A DNA stretch of 64,000 nucleotides. It comes from a virus (Duplodnaviria > Caudoviricetes). Location: the IMG/VR virus record IMGVR_UViG_2684623125_000003, positions 3,873-67,872 of that record. One strand, written 5' to 3'. The notes below the pieces were generated by a model. That model made no database searches. It was not told the DNA's origin and saw only the letters and a program-made list of their open reading frames with translations. Both the position numbers and the translations under genes were made by a program. Below are positions 45,007-55,028 of this stretch, one piece after another. Every line of letters starts with the position of its first letter. Position 1 is the stretch's first letter.

Positions 45007-46813
45007 GCAGCCCTCTTTGCTGGGCTCACCGCCCAGGTTGATTTGCGTTTACGGGATGTGTTGAGTGGCTCGTTCGCCACGGCGTGGGCTACGGCCCAAA
45101 ACACGTCGGCGTGGCCGGTGAGGTTGTCGCGCCCGGCCTTGAAGGTCATCTGGCCGCCGCCGGTGGTGCCGCGCTTGATGGCGAGAAAGGCCGCCGGGAT
45201 ATCCCGGTCGCTGCCATCCCACTCGATGCGGTTGGCCTCGACCACGTCAATGAGCTTGAGAACCATGGCGCCCTTGGTCTCGACGCTGTAGTGAATGGGG
45301 CGCAGCTTGCCCTTGAACAGGGGCGAGGCCGAGAGCAGGTCATAGACCCCCATCCCGATCCCCGACACGTCCACCCCGAGGTAAGTCACATTGAAGCGGC
45401 CGGCGATGCGCTCGATCTCCTGCGCCTGGTACTGGAAATTAAGCCCACGCCAGTAGTGGCGCTCGAGCACGCGAAAGCGCTCGCCCTCAACCAGGGGCGG
45501 GGCAACCACCACCAGGGTGGCGTTGTCCCGGGTGCGGCTCGGGTCATAGCCGAGCCACACTTCGCGCAGGCCAAACGGGCGGGAGGTGCCGCCCTTGTAG
45601 TCACCCCAGCGACTCGGGTCGACCCCGGCGCGCTCCATGTGCTGGAACTTGAACACCGACAGGGCATCATCGATGAAGCGGCACATGAAGAGGCGATCAA
45701 ACACCTCGTCCGGGTACTCGTCGCGCAGCTCCTCGATGTTGATCCGGTCGCACCCCATGCGTACCGCGTCTTCCACCGTGATGATGTAGCGCCACTGCTT
45801 GTCCGGACAGACGCGCCCCCCGTCGCGCAGCGCCTCTTCACCCGGAAAGTCGATCGCCTGGCGGGCCGGACGGTCCCCCTTCCAGCGCTCCCCGCTCCAG
45901 AAGCGATAGGCCGGGTGTGCCTTGCTCGAGGGGGTCGAGAAGAAGGTCTTGCGAAAGTGGCTCTGGGTCGCCATGGCCGAGGCCACGTCGGCCAGCTTTT
46001 CAAAGCCGCCAATCCAGAAATACTCGTCGATATAGACGTTGCCCGAGCGCGACTGGGCACTGTCGGAGTTGGTGGAGCAAAAGTGAAGCTCGGCCCCGTT
46101 CGACAGGGTGATGGGGTTGCCATTGGAGAGGGCGACGCCGAGGAAGGTGGCGGCAATCTTGCGGATATAAGAGCGGAACACCTCGGCCTGCACCTTGGTG
46201 GCCGAGAGGAAGATCTGGTTGTTGCCGGTGAGTACCGCATCCTCGAGCGCCTCGCCCGAGAAGTAATAGGTCATCCCGATCTGCCGGCTCTTGAGGATGT
46301 TGCGGGTGCGCGGCAGTGCCGGATCGTCTTTGGCCTGGCGCACATGCTGCTGATAACCAAACAGGGTGTCTACCCAGGGCTGGAAATCGGCCGCCGTGAG
46401 CTGGCTGACGTCGTTCTTGCCCCCCTTGCGGGGTTTCTTCTTGCCTTCCCCCCGCTCGCTCGTCTCGCGCCGTGGGGTATGCTCGCCGCCCTCGTCTCGG
46501 CCACTTAATGCCGCCTGGCGCTCGGCCCAGCGCAGCGCCTTCTCTTTGAGTTTGACGTGGTGCTCGATGAGCCGATCGAGCTCCTCCTGCTCCCCTTGGG
46601 TCTTCTTCTCCCGGTGCATCAACACCTGCAGGCGCCGGTTGATCGCCTCTTCCACCGATTCCTCGGTGAGCAGATCGCGCCAGCCGAACTTCTCGGCCCA
46701 GTAATAGACGATGCGGCAGCTGTTAAGCCCGAGCTCCTCCTTGATCTCCTGGGGGTCCAGCGCTTAAGGTAAAGGCCGCGCGCGGCGGTGCGGATCTCGT
46801 CGGGGTAAGCCAT
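45003..46813 (-). pseudogene. P: Terminase ATPase gpP with a 1-bp frameshift near codon 21 (real or sequencing error)
   Basis: MAYPDEIRTAARGLYLKRWTP continues in another frame as QEIKEELGL; G5 run at 46751-46755. Confidence 0.8.
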
Positions 46814-46880
46814 GGCGTCCTCGGGTTATCGTCTCGGCGCCATCTTAACGAGCCCCTCCCTCTCCCTTTGGCTGCTTTCG

Positions 46881-46914
46881 TTCGGATGACTTCGGATAAC
46901 CCCTGATATCCGAA
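46881..46914. promoter_or_regulatory. Putative late-activator site
   Basis: TTCGGATGac TTCGGATA-N8-TATCCGAA. Confidence 0.7.
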
Positions 46915-47001
46915 TTGCCCGGAACGCAACCGGATGAAACGCCCCTCCCGCCCCGATAGCCTGAGCCCGCATTCACAACGATGAGGCGCGGCGAGCACCC
47001 C

Positions 47002-47889
47002 ATGAGCACCCCCAACGACTCTCAATTGCGCACCGGCTGGGTGTGCATCGCCACCGAAGGCAAGGCCGTCGATGGCCGCGATATCACCCGCCAGTGGCTG
47101 GTCGATATGGCCGAGACCTACGACCCGAGCTTTTACACCGCCCTGCTGTGGCCCGATCACGATCGCTGGTCCGCCTTTGGCACGGTGCAGGCACTCAAGA
47201 CCGAAGAGGTCGCCGGCCAGCTCAAGCTGTTTGCCATCCTGAGCCCAACCCGGGATCTCATCTATTACAACCAGGTGGGCCAGTATCAGTTCTGCTCCAT
47301 CGAGCCTTTCGAGAACTTCGCCGACACCGGTCGCACCTACCTGCTCGGCCTCGGCGTCACCGACCAGCCGGCCAGCACCGGCACCACCCAGCTCAAGTTC
47401 AGCACCAAGCATCAGGGCCACGCCATCGGCACCAGCGAGCCGCTGGACTTGTCCGGCTTCTCGCTGCCCAAGGAGCCGGGCGGCTTTCTCAAGAAGCTGT
47501 TCAGCCTGCTGGCCAACCATGGCGAGGAGCTCGCCCCCTTGACCCCCCCGCACAGCCACGACGATGAGGACGAGGCAATGAAACCCGAACAGTTCACCCA
47601 GCTGACCGAGGCCCTTAACGGCCTGGGCAGCAAATTCGAGAGCCTGGCCGAGAGCGTCGCCACGTTCACCGCCGGCAACCAGGGCACCGACGAGCAAGAG
47701 AAACCGGCGCCCAAGCCGGCCGCCACTGAGGCGGTGACCGCCGAGCAGTTCAGCCAACTGACCGAGGCCATGACCGGCATGGCCAGCAAGCTCGACGGCA
47801 TCACCCAGACCATCGAGCAGTTCTCCGCCGAAAAGCCGGGTCAGCGCCCGAGCCCCCTGGGCGGCAACGACAACATCACTCTGGTGTAA
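47002..47889 (+). CDS. O: Capsid scaffolding gpO
   Basis: IATEGKAVDGRDI. Confidence 0.92.
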   Translation: MSTPNDSQLRTGWVCIATEGKAVDGRDITRQWLVDMAETYDPSFYTALLWPDHDRWSAFGTVQALKTEEVAGQLKLFAILSPTRDLIYYNQVGQYQFCSIEPFENFADTGRTYLLGLGVTDQPASTGTTQLKFSTKHQGHAIGTSEPLDLSGFSLPKEPGGFLKKLFSLLANHGEELAPLTPPHSHDDEDEAMKPEQFTQLTEALNGLGSKFESLAESVATFTAGNQGTDEQEKPAPKPAATEAVTAEQFSQLTEAMTGMASKLDGITQTIEQFSAEKPGQRPSPLGGNDNITLV

Positions 47890-47901
47890 GGAGCCCCCAC
47901 C

Positions 47902-48966
47902 GTGAGCCAAACCCTGACCACCCACGCCATGGCCGCGCTGCAAACCTACTGCAGCCAGCTGGCCCAGGCCTACAACATCCCCGAGGCCGCGCTGTCGAAA
48001 CAGTTCTCGGTCACCGGCCCGGTCGAGAGCAACCTGCGCCAGGCCCTGCTCGATTCCCTCGAGTTCCTGAAACTCATCACCGTGCTGGACGTGGACCAGA
48101 TCAAGGGCCAGGTGGTGCAAGTGGGCGTCGGAGCCCTCTACACCGGCCGCAAGGCGGGCGGGCGCTTCAAACGCGCCATCGGTGTGGGTGGCAACACCTA
48201 CGAGCTGACCGAAACCGACTCCTGCGCGCAGCTGCCCTGGTCCACCCTGTGCACCTGGGCCAACGCCGGCGGCGATGGCGAGTTCATGCGCCTGGTCAAT
48301 GAGTTCACCAACAAGGCCTTTGCCCTCGACATGCTGCGGGTCGGTTGGAACGGGGTTTCGGCCGAGCCGACGACCGACGCCGAGAAACACCCCCTCGGCC
48401 AGGACGTGAACACGGGCTGGCACCAGCTCGCCCGTGCCTGGAACGACGGCAGCCAGATCGTGAAGGCCGAAGTCGGCAAGAAGATCCACTTCGACCCGGA
48501 TGGCCGCGGTCATTACCGAACCTTGGACGAGATGGCGTCGGATCTCATCAACACCACCATCGATCCCCTGTTCCAACAGGACCCGCGCCTGGTGGTACTG
48601 GTCGGCACCGACCTGGTCGCCGCCGCCCAGGCCAAGCTCTACAGCGAGGCCACCAAGCCGAGCGAGCAGATCGCCGCCCAGATGCTGGCCAAGTCCATCG
48701 CCGGGCGCAAAGCCTACATCCCGCCCTTCTTCCCGGGCCGGCGCATGGTGGTCACCACCCTGGACAACCTGCACATCTACACCCAGCGCGGCACCCGCAA
48801 GCGCAAGGCCGACGATAACCAGGACGCCAAGGCCTTCGAGAACCAGTACTGGCGCATGGAAGGCTACGCCATCGGCGAATACAAGGCCTATGGCGGCTTT
48901 GAAGAGGCTGACATCGAGCTCGGCGCCGACCCGGACGCCCCCGTGACCGCAAGCACCGGAGGCTAA
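47902..48966 (+). CDS. N: Major capsid protein gpN
   Basis: Homolog of 12704-13783. Confidence 0.95.
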   Translation: MSQTLTTHAMAALQTYCSQLAQAYNIPEAALSKQFSVTGPVESNLRQALLDSLEFLKLITVLDVDQIKGQVVQVGVGALYTGRKAGGRFKRAIGVGGNTYELTETDSCAQLPWSTLCTWANAGGDGEFMRLVNEFTNKAFALDMLRVGWNGVSAEPTTDAEKHPLGQDVNTGWHQLARAWNDGSQIVKAEVGKKIHFDPDGRGHYRTLDEMASDLINTTIDPLFQQDPRLVVLVGTDLVAAAQAKLYSEATKPSEQIAAQMLAKSIAGRKAYIPPFFPGRRMVVTTLDNLHIYTQRGTRKRKADDNQDAKAFENQYWRMEGYAIGEYKAYGGFEEADIELGADPDAPVTASTGG

Positions 48967-48969
48967 GCC

Positions 48970-49680
48970 ATGCTCTCCCCCGCGCTGCGCCACAAGCTAC
49001 GCCATGAAGCGACCGCCGCTATCGCGCAAACGGCCATCACCGGCCAGGCGACCGGCGCCGTGGGGGACAGCCTGCACCTGCAACTGCTGGCGCTCGAGCA
49101 GGACATCGCCCGCCTGCGCCGATGTGAGCGCATCGCCGATCGGATCGAGATGAAGCGCCGCGAGCTGTTGCCCAAGTATCGCCCCTACGTGGAGCGCTAC
49201 CTGGCCGCCGGCATCGCGCACCGCAATGAGCTGTTTGCCCAGCTCATCATCTGGGCCTTCGACGTGGGCGACTTCGATACCGGGATCGCCTGGGCGCTGA
49301 TCGCCATCGAGCAGCACCAGCCGACCCCGCCCAACATCAAGCGCAACTGGGCCACCTTCGTGGCCGACACCGTGCTCGAGTGGGCCGAGACCCAGAGCAC
49401 CAACGGCCACAGCGTCGCGCCCTGGTTCGCCAGGGTGTTCGACCTGGTACGCAACCAGTGGCGCCTCAATGAGCGCATCACCGCCAAGTGGTTCCGGGCC
49501 GCCGGCCTGCACCTGCTGCGCGATAGCGAGGGCAAGCCACTGCCAAGCGCCGTCAATGACGGCAACGTGCTGGAGCAGGCCGACCACTGGCTGGCCGAGG
49601 CCGAAAAGCTCCACGCCAAGATCGGCGTGGGCACCGTGCGCCACAAGATTGCCATGCGCCTGCGGGCGCTCTCGGAGTAA
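48970..49680 (+). CDS. M: Terminase small subunit gpM
   Basis: IIWAFDVGD. Confidence 0.9.
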   Translation: MLSPALRHKLRHEATAAIAQTAITGQATGAVGDSLHLQLLALEQDIARLRRCERIADRIEMKRRELLPKYRPYVERYLAAGIAHRNELFAQLIIWAFDVGDFDTGIAWALIAIEQHQPTPPNIKRNWATFVADTVLEWAETQSTNGHSVAPWFARVFDLVRNQWRLNERITAKWFRAAGLHLLRDSEGKPLPSAVNDGNVLEQADHWLAEAEKLHAKIGVGTVRHKIAMRLRALSE

Positions 49681-49790
49681 CCGACTCTCCGTGCCGCCGC
49701 CCCCGGCGGGGAGGATAGGCTGCCAGATGGCATGCCGACTCCTGCGAACCGTGGCCACAGGGGGGCCCCAATTCATCATGAGGACGAGGC

Positions 49791-50252
49791 ATGTTTACCG
49801 GTAAACCGCTCGACTACAGCGACCAGCAGATCAGCAACAACGGCTTTTGGCCCGACGTGGCGGTCGCCGAGTTTGAGCGGCGCAGCGCCCAGCCGGCCGA
49901 TCTGGACCGTCAAACAATCGCCTCGGCCCTGCTCTCGGCCATCGGCCAGATCAACCTGCAGCTCGATGCCTACCAGGACGGCCAGCAGGCGCTCGGGTTT
50001 GCCTGCGCCGCTGACGTGCCGGGCCCGGCCATCGAGGGCGGCAACAACGCCCTGACCGAGCATTACCTGGGCGCCGTGTTCGCCCGGGCTCGCGCCGAGC
50101 TGCTGCCGGCGGCGGCCAGCGTGACCGAACGCCAGGTGGCCAACCTCACCGCCGAGCGCGAGCCGGTCACCCGCGAGAGCCTGCTCGCCATCAGCCAGCA
50201 GCTGGTGCGCCTTATCAAAGGCAAGCGCCGCGCCGGAGTGGCCCTGTTATGA
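49791..50252 (+). CDS. L: Head completion gpL
   Basis: ISNNGFWPD. Confidence 0.9.
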   Translation: MFTGKPLDYSDQQISNNGFWPDVAVAEFERRSAQPADLDRQTIASALLSAIGQINLQLDAYQDGQQALGFACAADVPGPAIEGGNNALTEHYLGAVFARARAELLPAAASVTERQVANLTAEREPVTRESLLAISQQLVRLIKGKRRAGVALL

Positions 50253-50752
50253 GCAGCCAGGGCTACTACCTGCAGGCACTGCACCAGGCGCTGATCGCCG
50301 TGCTGCCCCCCAAGTGCCAGCGCCTGCTCGACAGCTGGATGGAGCAGGGCCAGCTGCGCCTTGAGCCCAAGAACATGGGGCCCACCGGGGTCAATGTGGC
50401 GCTGCTCACCTATCGCGCCGTCTACACCCTGGAAGGGCTGCCGTTTCGGGAGTGCGATCCGGCGGTGCTACTGGCCACCGTCTGCGCCTGGCTGCAAGAC
50501 CACGACGACCAGCGCGCGGCCTTCGAGCTGCCCGATCCCGAGTTCGCCATCACCGAGAACGACGAACACAGCGCCGATCTCGAGGTGCAGGTGGAGTTTG
50601 TCGAGCCGCTTCGCCTCTCGCCGGACCCACAGGGGCCGGTGCTCTGGAACGGCCAGCGCTGGGCGGTGACGCCCTATGAGATCTGGGTGGCCGATCGGGC
50701 CCTGCTGCAGGTGGGGGCCACGCCGGCCCATACCGTGGGGGGAGAGGCATGA
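50249..50752 (+). CDS. Tail completion gpR-like
   Basis: Homolog of 15075-15605. Confidence 0.8.
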   Translation: MSSQGYYLQALHQALIAVLPPKCQRLLDSWMEQGQLRLEPKNMGPTGVNVALLTYRAVYTLEGLPFRECDPAVLLATVCAWLQDHDDQRAAFELPDPEFAITENDEHSADLEVQVEFVEPLRLSPDPQGPVLWNGQRWAVTPYEIWVADRALLQVGATPAHTVGGEA

Positions 50753-51432
50753 TCACCATCACCCTCGACACCCGCCGCAGCCAGGACCAGCTCAAGCTGC
50801 TGGCCCTGCCCGCCAAACAGCGCAAGCGCCTGGTGTGGCGCGCCGCCAACGAGCTCAAGAAGGTGGCCAGCCGCAACATCCGTGGGCAACAGGACTGGAA
50901 CGGCACGCCCTGGGCACCGCGCAAGCGGGGCAAACGCAAGATGCTGCAGGGACTGCGCCGCCTGATTGTCATCAGCGACAAGCGCCAGGATGTGGCCGAA
51001 CTCCGCTTTCGCGGCGGCCGCTACGGCATGCACCCGGGCGTGGTCGCCGCCGCCCATCAGCAGGGGCACACCTACAAGGTGACCGCCGCCCAACGCGCCC
51101 GGGTGATGCCGGCCGGCGCCGGCAAGGAAAAGGCCGCCACCCGCGCCCAGGCCCGTAAGCTGCGCGAGCTCGGCTTTAAGCGCCCGAGCGCGCGCAAGGG
51201 GCGCTATCGCGCCGCGTCGCTGGGCTGGATGACCGCCCATCTCAACTACGCCCAGGCCGGCCTGCTGATCAAGAAACTCAAGGATGAACCCACCAAGAGC
51301 GACTGGGAAATCACCCTTCCGGCTCGCCCCTTCCTCGGCGCCAATGCCCAGCAGCGCCAGCAGGCCTTCGCCCGTGCCCTGCAGGGGATCAACTACGGCT
51401 GGGACGTAATGAAAGACCAGATGAGGACCTGA
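50749..51432 (+). CDS. Virion morphogenesis gpS-like
   Basis: NIRGQQDWNGTPWAPRK..LPARPFLG. Confidence 0.88.
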   Translation: MITITLDTRRSQDQLKLLALPAKQRKRLVWRAANELKKVASRNIRGQQDWNGTPWAPRKRGKRKMLQGLRRLIVISDKRQDVAELRFRGGRYGMHPGVVAAAHQQGHTYKVTAAQRARVMPAGAGKEKAATRAQARKLRELGFKRPSARKGRYRAASLGWMTAHLNYAQAGLLIKKLKDEPTKSDWEITLPARPFLGANAQQRQQAFARALQGINYGWDVMKDQMRT

Positions 51433-51436
51433 CGCC

Positions 51437-52549
51437 ATGTGGCCCCATGTACAGATCAACAACCTAAACCAGCGGCAAGGACCGGTGACCGAGGTCGAAC
51501 GCCACCTGCTGTTTATCGGTAGCGCGCCGAGTAACACCGGCAAGCTGCTCTCCCTCAACACCCAGAGCGATCTCGATGCCCTGCTGGGCAGCGAGGACAG
51601 CGAACTCAAGCGCAATCTGGCGGCCGCCCGCGACAACGCTGGCCAGAACTGGAGCGCCGCCGCCTATGTGCTGCCGAGCGATGGCAACTGGTTGGACGCA
51701 GCCCGGGCTGCCCAGCTCACCCAATCCTTTGAGGGGATCGTGGTGCTGGGCCACGCATGGGACAAAGACGCCATCGCCGCCGCCCACGCCCTCAACCAGG
51801 AGCTGATCGCCAAGTGGGGGCGCTGGCAATTCCTGCTGCTGGCACTGCCGGGGATTGCAGGGGATCAAGACTGGCCTGCCTATGAGGCCGCCGTGGTGGC
51901 CCTGCAAGATGGCATCGCCGCCGAGTCGGTCTCCCTGGTCCCCCAGCTCTGGCCCACCCTGGCCGGCATCTATGCCGGGCGCCTGTGTAACCGCGCCGTG
52001 AGCATTGCCGACACCCCGGCCCGGGTCAAAACCGGCGCCCTGGTGGGCCTGGGCAGCAGGCCTACCGACAAGGACGACACACCGCTGCCACTGGCTACTC
52101 TGCAAACCCTGGAGCAGAACCGCCTCTCGGTGCCCATGTGGTACCCCGACTATGACGGCTATTACTGGGCCGACGGCCGCACCCTGGACGTCGAGGGCGG
52201 CGACTACCAGGTGATCGAGAACCTGCGGGTGGCCTACAAGGTGGCGCGCCGGATGCGAGTTCGCGCCATCGCCCGCCTCGGCGATCGCGCCTTCAACTCC
52301 ACCCCGGGCAGCACCGCCGCCGCCATCACCTATTTCGGCAAGGACCTGCGCGAGATGGCCCGCGCCACCACCATTGCGGGTCAGCCCTTCCCCGGGGACA
52401 TCCTGCCGTCCCAGGACGGCGACATCGTCATCACCTGGCAGTCGAAGAACCTGGTCGCCATCTACGTGAACGTGCGCACCGTCGACTGCCCCAAGGGGAT
52501 CAGCATCAACATCATGCTCGATTTGAGCCTCAACAACGGGGAGGGCTAA
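51437..52549 (+). CDS. Tail sheath
   Basis: Homolog of 15618-16742. Confidence 0.9.
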   Translation: MWPHVQINNLNQRQGPVTEVERHLLFIGSAPSNTGKLLSLNTQSDLDALLGSEDSELKRNLAAARDNAGQNWSAAAYVLPSDGNWLDAARAAQLTQSFEGIVVLGHAWDKDAIAAAHALNQELIAKWGRWQFLLLALPGIAGDQDWPAYEAAVVALQDGIAAESVSLVPQLWPTLAGIYAGRLCNRAVSIADTPARVKTGALVGLGSRPTDKDDTPLPLATLQTLEQNRLSVPMWYPDYDGYYWADGRTLDVEGGDYQVIENLRVAYKVARRMRVRAIARLGDRAFNSTPGSTAAAITYFGKDLREMARATTIAGQPFPGDILPSQDGDIVITWQSKNLVAIYVNVRTVDCPKGISINIMLDLSLNNGEG

Positions 52550-52552
52550 CCC

Positions 52553-53008
52553 ATGACCCGCCGCATTTCCGGTATCAACTTCGACACCAGTCTGATGGGG
52601 GCCATGGTCCACGTCGAAAAGGCCACGCTCACCATCACCGACAACACCGAAGTGGCCAAGACCCGCGGCATTCCCGACGGCTTCGTCGATGGCGAGGTGA
52701 GCGCCGAACTCGAGTTCGAACTCGACGCCAGAAACTTCAAGCAGCTGGGGGAAGCGGCCCGCCGCGCCGGCAGCTGGCGCTCGTTGTTGCCTGACGATGT
52801 GCTGTTCTACGCCGACACCGGCGCTGAAACGCAAAAGATCGAGGCGTTTGGGGTCAAGTTGGTGATCTCCGACGTGCTCGACCTCGATCCGGCCGGTGGC
52901 AAGAAGGGCACCCACAAGCTGAAAGGCATGGTCACCTCTCCCGATTTTGTCCACATCGATGGTGTGCCGTACCTCTCCAAGGACGACACCCGCCACCTGC
53001 TGGGTTAA
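52553..53008 (+). CDS. Tail tube
   Basis: Homolog of 16746-17201. Confidence 0.9.
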   Translation: MTRRISGINFDTSLMGAMVHVEKATLTITDNTEVAKTRGIPDGFVDGEVSAELEFELDARNFKQLGEAARRAGSWRSLLPDDVLFYADTGAETQKIEAFGVKLVISDVLDLDPAGGKKGTHKLKGMVTSPDFVHIDGVPYLSKDDTRHLLG

Positions 53009-53017
53009 GGGGGCGCC

Positions 53018-53227
53018 ATGGACGACATCGACCGCGCCAACCGCCACGCCGAGCGCATGCTGACCGTGGCCCTCGCCAACCAGGTGGGTAAGAGCCAACG
53101 TCAGGGCGAGAGCCTGACCGAGTGCGAGGAGTGTGATGATCCGATCCCCGAGGGGCGCCGCCGTCATGTTTCCGGGGTGCGCCTGTGTATCACCTGCCAA
53201 ACCAGGCGCGAGCGCCTGCGCCGGTAA
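53018..53227 (+). CDS. TraR/DksA zinc-finger protein
   Basis: CEECDDPIPEGRR. Confidence 0.9.
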   Translation: MDDIDRANRHAERMLTVALANQVGKSQRQGESLTECEECDDPIPEGRRRHVSGVRLCITCQTRRERLRR

Positions 53228-53242
53228 CGACGAGAACAGGAC

Positions 53243-53575
53243 ATGAAACCCATGCCGAACAAAGACCCCACCCTCTGGGCCCCGCTGCTGGCCTGGCTGA
53301 TGGACAACTGGCCTGCCGTCTATGGGGCACTGCTGGCGCTGGCCATCGCGTTTTTGCGCATCACCTACAACGGCGGCAGTGGGCAGCGCCGCCTGATCGA
53401 AACCCTGCTTTGTGGCCTGATTGCCCTGGCCGCCGCCACCGGGGTACGCCTGCTCGGCATCCCTGCCGACGCCACCCCGTTCGTGGGCGGCATGGTGGGG
53501 CTGCTCGGTATCGACATCATTCGCGGCAAGGCGGCCAACATGGTAGGTCGCCAAGGAGGTAACGATGCCCCGTAG
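53243..53575 (+). CDS. Holin, lambda S family (MKPM possible dual start)
   Basis: Three TM segments. Confidence 0.88.
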   Translation: MKPMPNKDPTLWAPLLAWLMDNWPAVYGALLALAIAFLRITYNGGSGQRRLIETLLCGLIALAAATGVRLLGIPADATPFVGGMVGLLGIDIIRGKAANMVGRQGGNDAP

Positions 53576-54026
53576 TCACTGCCACCCCCAGGTGGCCGCG
53601 TTCCTGGACATGATCGCCTTTGCCGAGGGCACCAAGGGTAAAGGCGACGATGGTTACAACGATATCGTCGACCCGGCCGGCTTCTTTAAGAGCTACGCCA
53701 CCCACCCGCACCAGCTGGTACAGGTCAATTCCCGCCTGAAAAGCACCGCCGCCGGCCGCTATCAGTTCCTGGCGCGCTACTGGCCGCACTATCGCGACCG
53801 GCTCGGTCTGCCCGACTTTGGCCCCGAGTCGCAAGACACCTGGGCCATTGCCCTGATCCGCGAGCAGAAAGCCCTGCCCGACGTGATGGCCGGCCGCCTG
53901 AAAGAGGCGATCGCCAAGTGCGCCAACATCTGGGCCAGTCTGCCAGGGGCCGGCTATGGCCAGCGCGAACACACGCTTGCCGATCTGCAAGACAAGTTTG
54001 TCGAGTTCGGAGGGGTGCTGGCATGA
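53565..54026 (+). CDS. Endolysin, lambda R-like
   Basis: STAAGRYQFL, IWASLPG. Confidence 0.93.
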   Translation: MPRSHCHPQVAAFLDMIAFAEGTKGKGDDGYNDIVDPAGFFKSYATHPHQLVQVNSRLKSTAAGRYQFLARYWPHYRDRLGLPDFGPESQDTWAIALIREQKALPDVMAGRLKEAIAKCANIWASLPGAGYGQREHTLADLQDKFVEFGGVLA

Positions 54027-54457
54027 GCGCCTTGTTCAAGCTGTTGCCGACCCTGCTCGGGCTGCTGATTGGCACCCTCCTCTTCGTTCAGGGCGAGCGC
54101 CTCTCGACCCGAACCAAGGAGCTGACCACCGCCCACAGCACCCTCACCGCGCTGCAGAACGTCAACGACCTGCAAGCCCAGGCCCTGGCCGACTACCCCA
54201 AGCGCGAGCAGACCTTGCGCCAGCAGTTGGCCACCCTGAGCGGCGAGCTCGCCGCCCTCGACCAACACAACAGGAGCATCAGCGATGAACTGGAACGCGC
54301 CCTGGCCACGCCGCCGGCGGGCCGCCCGAATTGTGCCCGTGAGCCTCTGCCTGCTGGCGCTCTGCGCCTGCTCAAGCCCACCGGCGCCCCTGATGCAAAC
54401 CCGGGTAGTGACACGCCTTCCCCCGGCGGCGCTGGTGCCCCACTGCCCGGAGCCTGA
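54023..54457 (+). CDS. i-spanin
   Basis: TM plus coiled coil. Confidence 0.8.
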   Translation: MSALFKLLPTLLGLLIGTLLFVQGERLSTRTKELTTAHSTLTALQNVNDLQAQALADYPKREQTLRQQLATLSGELAALDQHNRSISDELERALATPPAGRPNCAREPLPAGALRLLKPTGAPDANPGSDTPSPGGAGAPLPGA

Positions 54458-54584
54458 CTTTACCGGGAACACCTACGGCGAGGCCGTACGCTTTATCCCG
54501 ACACTGCAGCAGGCCCTGCGCCGCTGCCAACGGCAAATCAATGCCCTGAATCACTGGATCAACACCGAGGAGAACCCCCAATGA
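54285..54584 (+). CDS. o-spanin lipoprotein
   Basis: Lipobox LCAC. Confidence 0.75.
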   Translation: MNWNAPWPRRRRAARIVPVSLCLLALCACSSPPAPLMQTRVVTRLPPAALVPHCPEPDFTGNTYGEAVRFIPTLQQALRRCQRQINALNHWINTEENPQ

Positions 54585-54838
54585 GCAAGCTCACCCTGAC
54601 CGTTGCCGGCACCGAGATCACCTTCGAGCCGACCATGGTGGCCTACAACGGCTACATCAACGACCTGCTACCCGGCGACAAGGTGGCCCCGGCGCACAAC
54701 TACCTGCAAAAGATCGTGGCCCAGGGCAGCAAGGAGACCCTCGCCGAACTGCTCAAACGTCCGGGCGCCGCCCTGCAGCTGACCGCCGTGGTCAACGAGC
54801 ACTTCGCCCCGCAGCTCGAGATCAGCGTAAAAAACTGA
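54581..54838 (+). CDS. Tail assembly chaperone; -1 frameshift extends the product to 55023
   Basis: GTAAAAAACTGA, A6 at 54829-54834. Confidence 0.85.
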   Translation: MSKLTLTVAGTEITFEPTMVAYNGYINDLLPGDKVAPAHNYLQKIVAQGSKETLAELLKRPGAALQLTAVVNEHFAPQLEISVKN

Positions 54839-55028
54839 CCGCGCGCGCCGAGGCCATCGAGCGCAACCCCCTCGAGCAGTTGCTGGCCCTGCGCCGCCGC
54901 TACCTGCCGCACGAAGGGGACGACGCCGACAGCCTCGCCCGCGCCCTGTGGCTCGACAAAGCCGAGAGAGAACGCCTCGCCCATGCCGTGCGCGAGGGCA
55001 TTGTGAACGCCTTTAACGGATAACGCCG

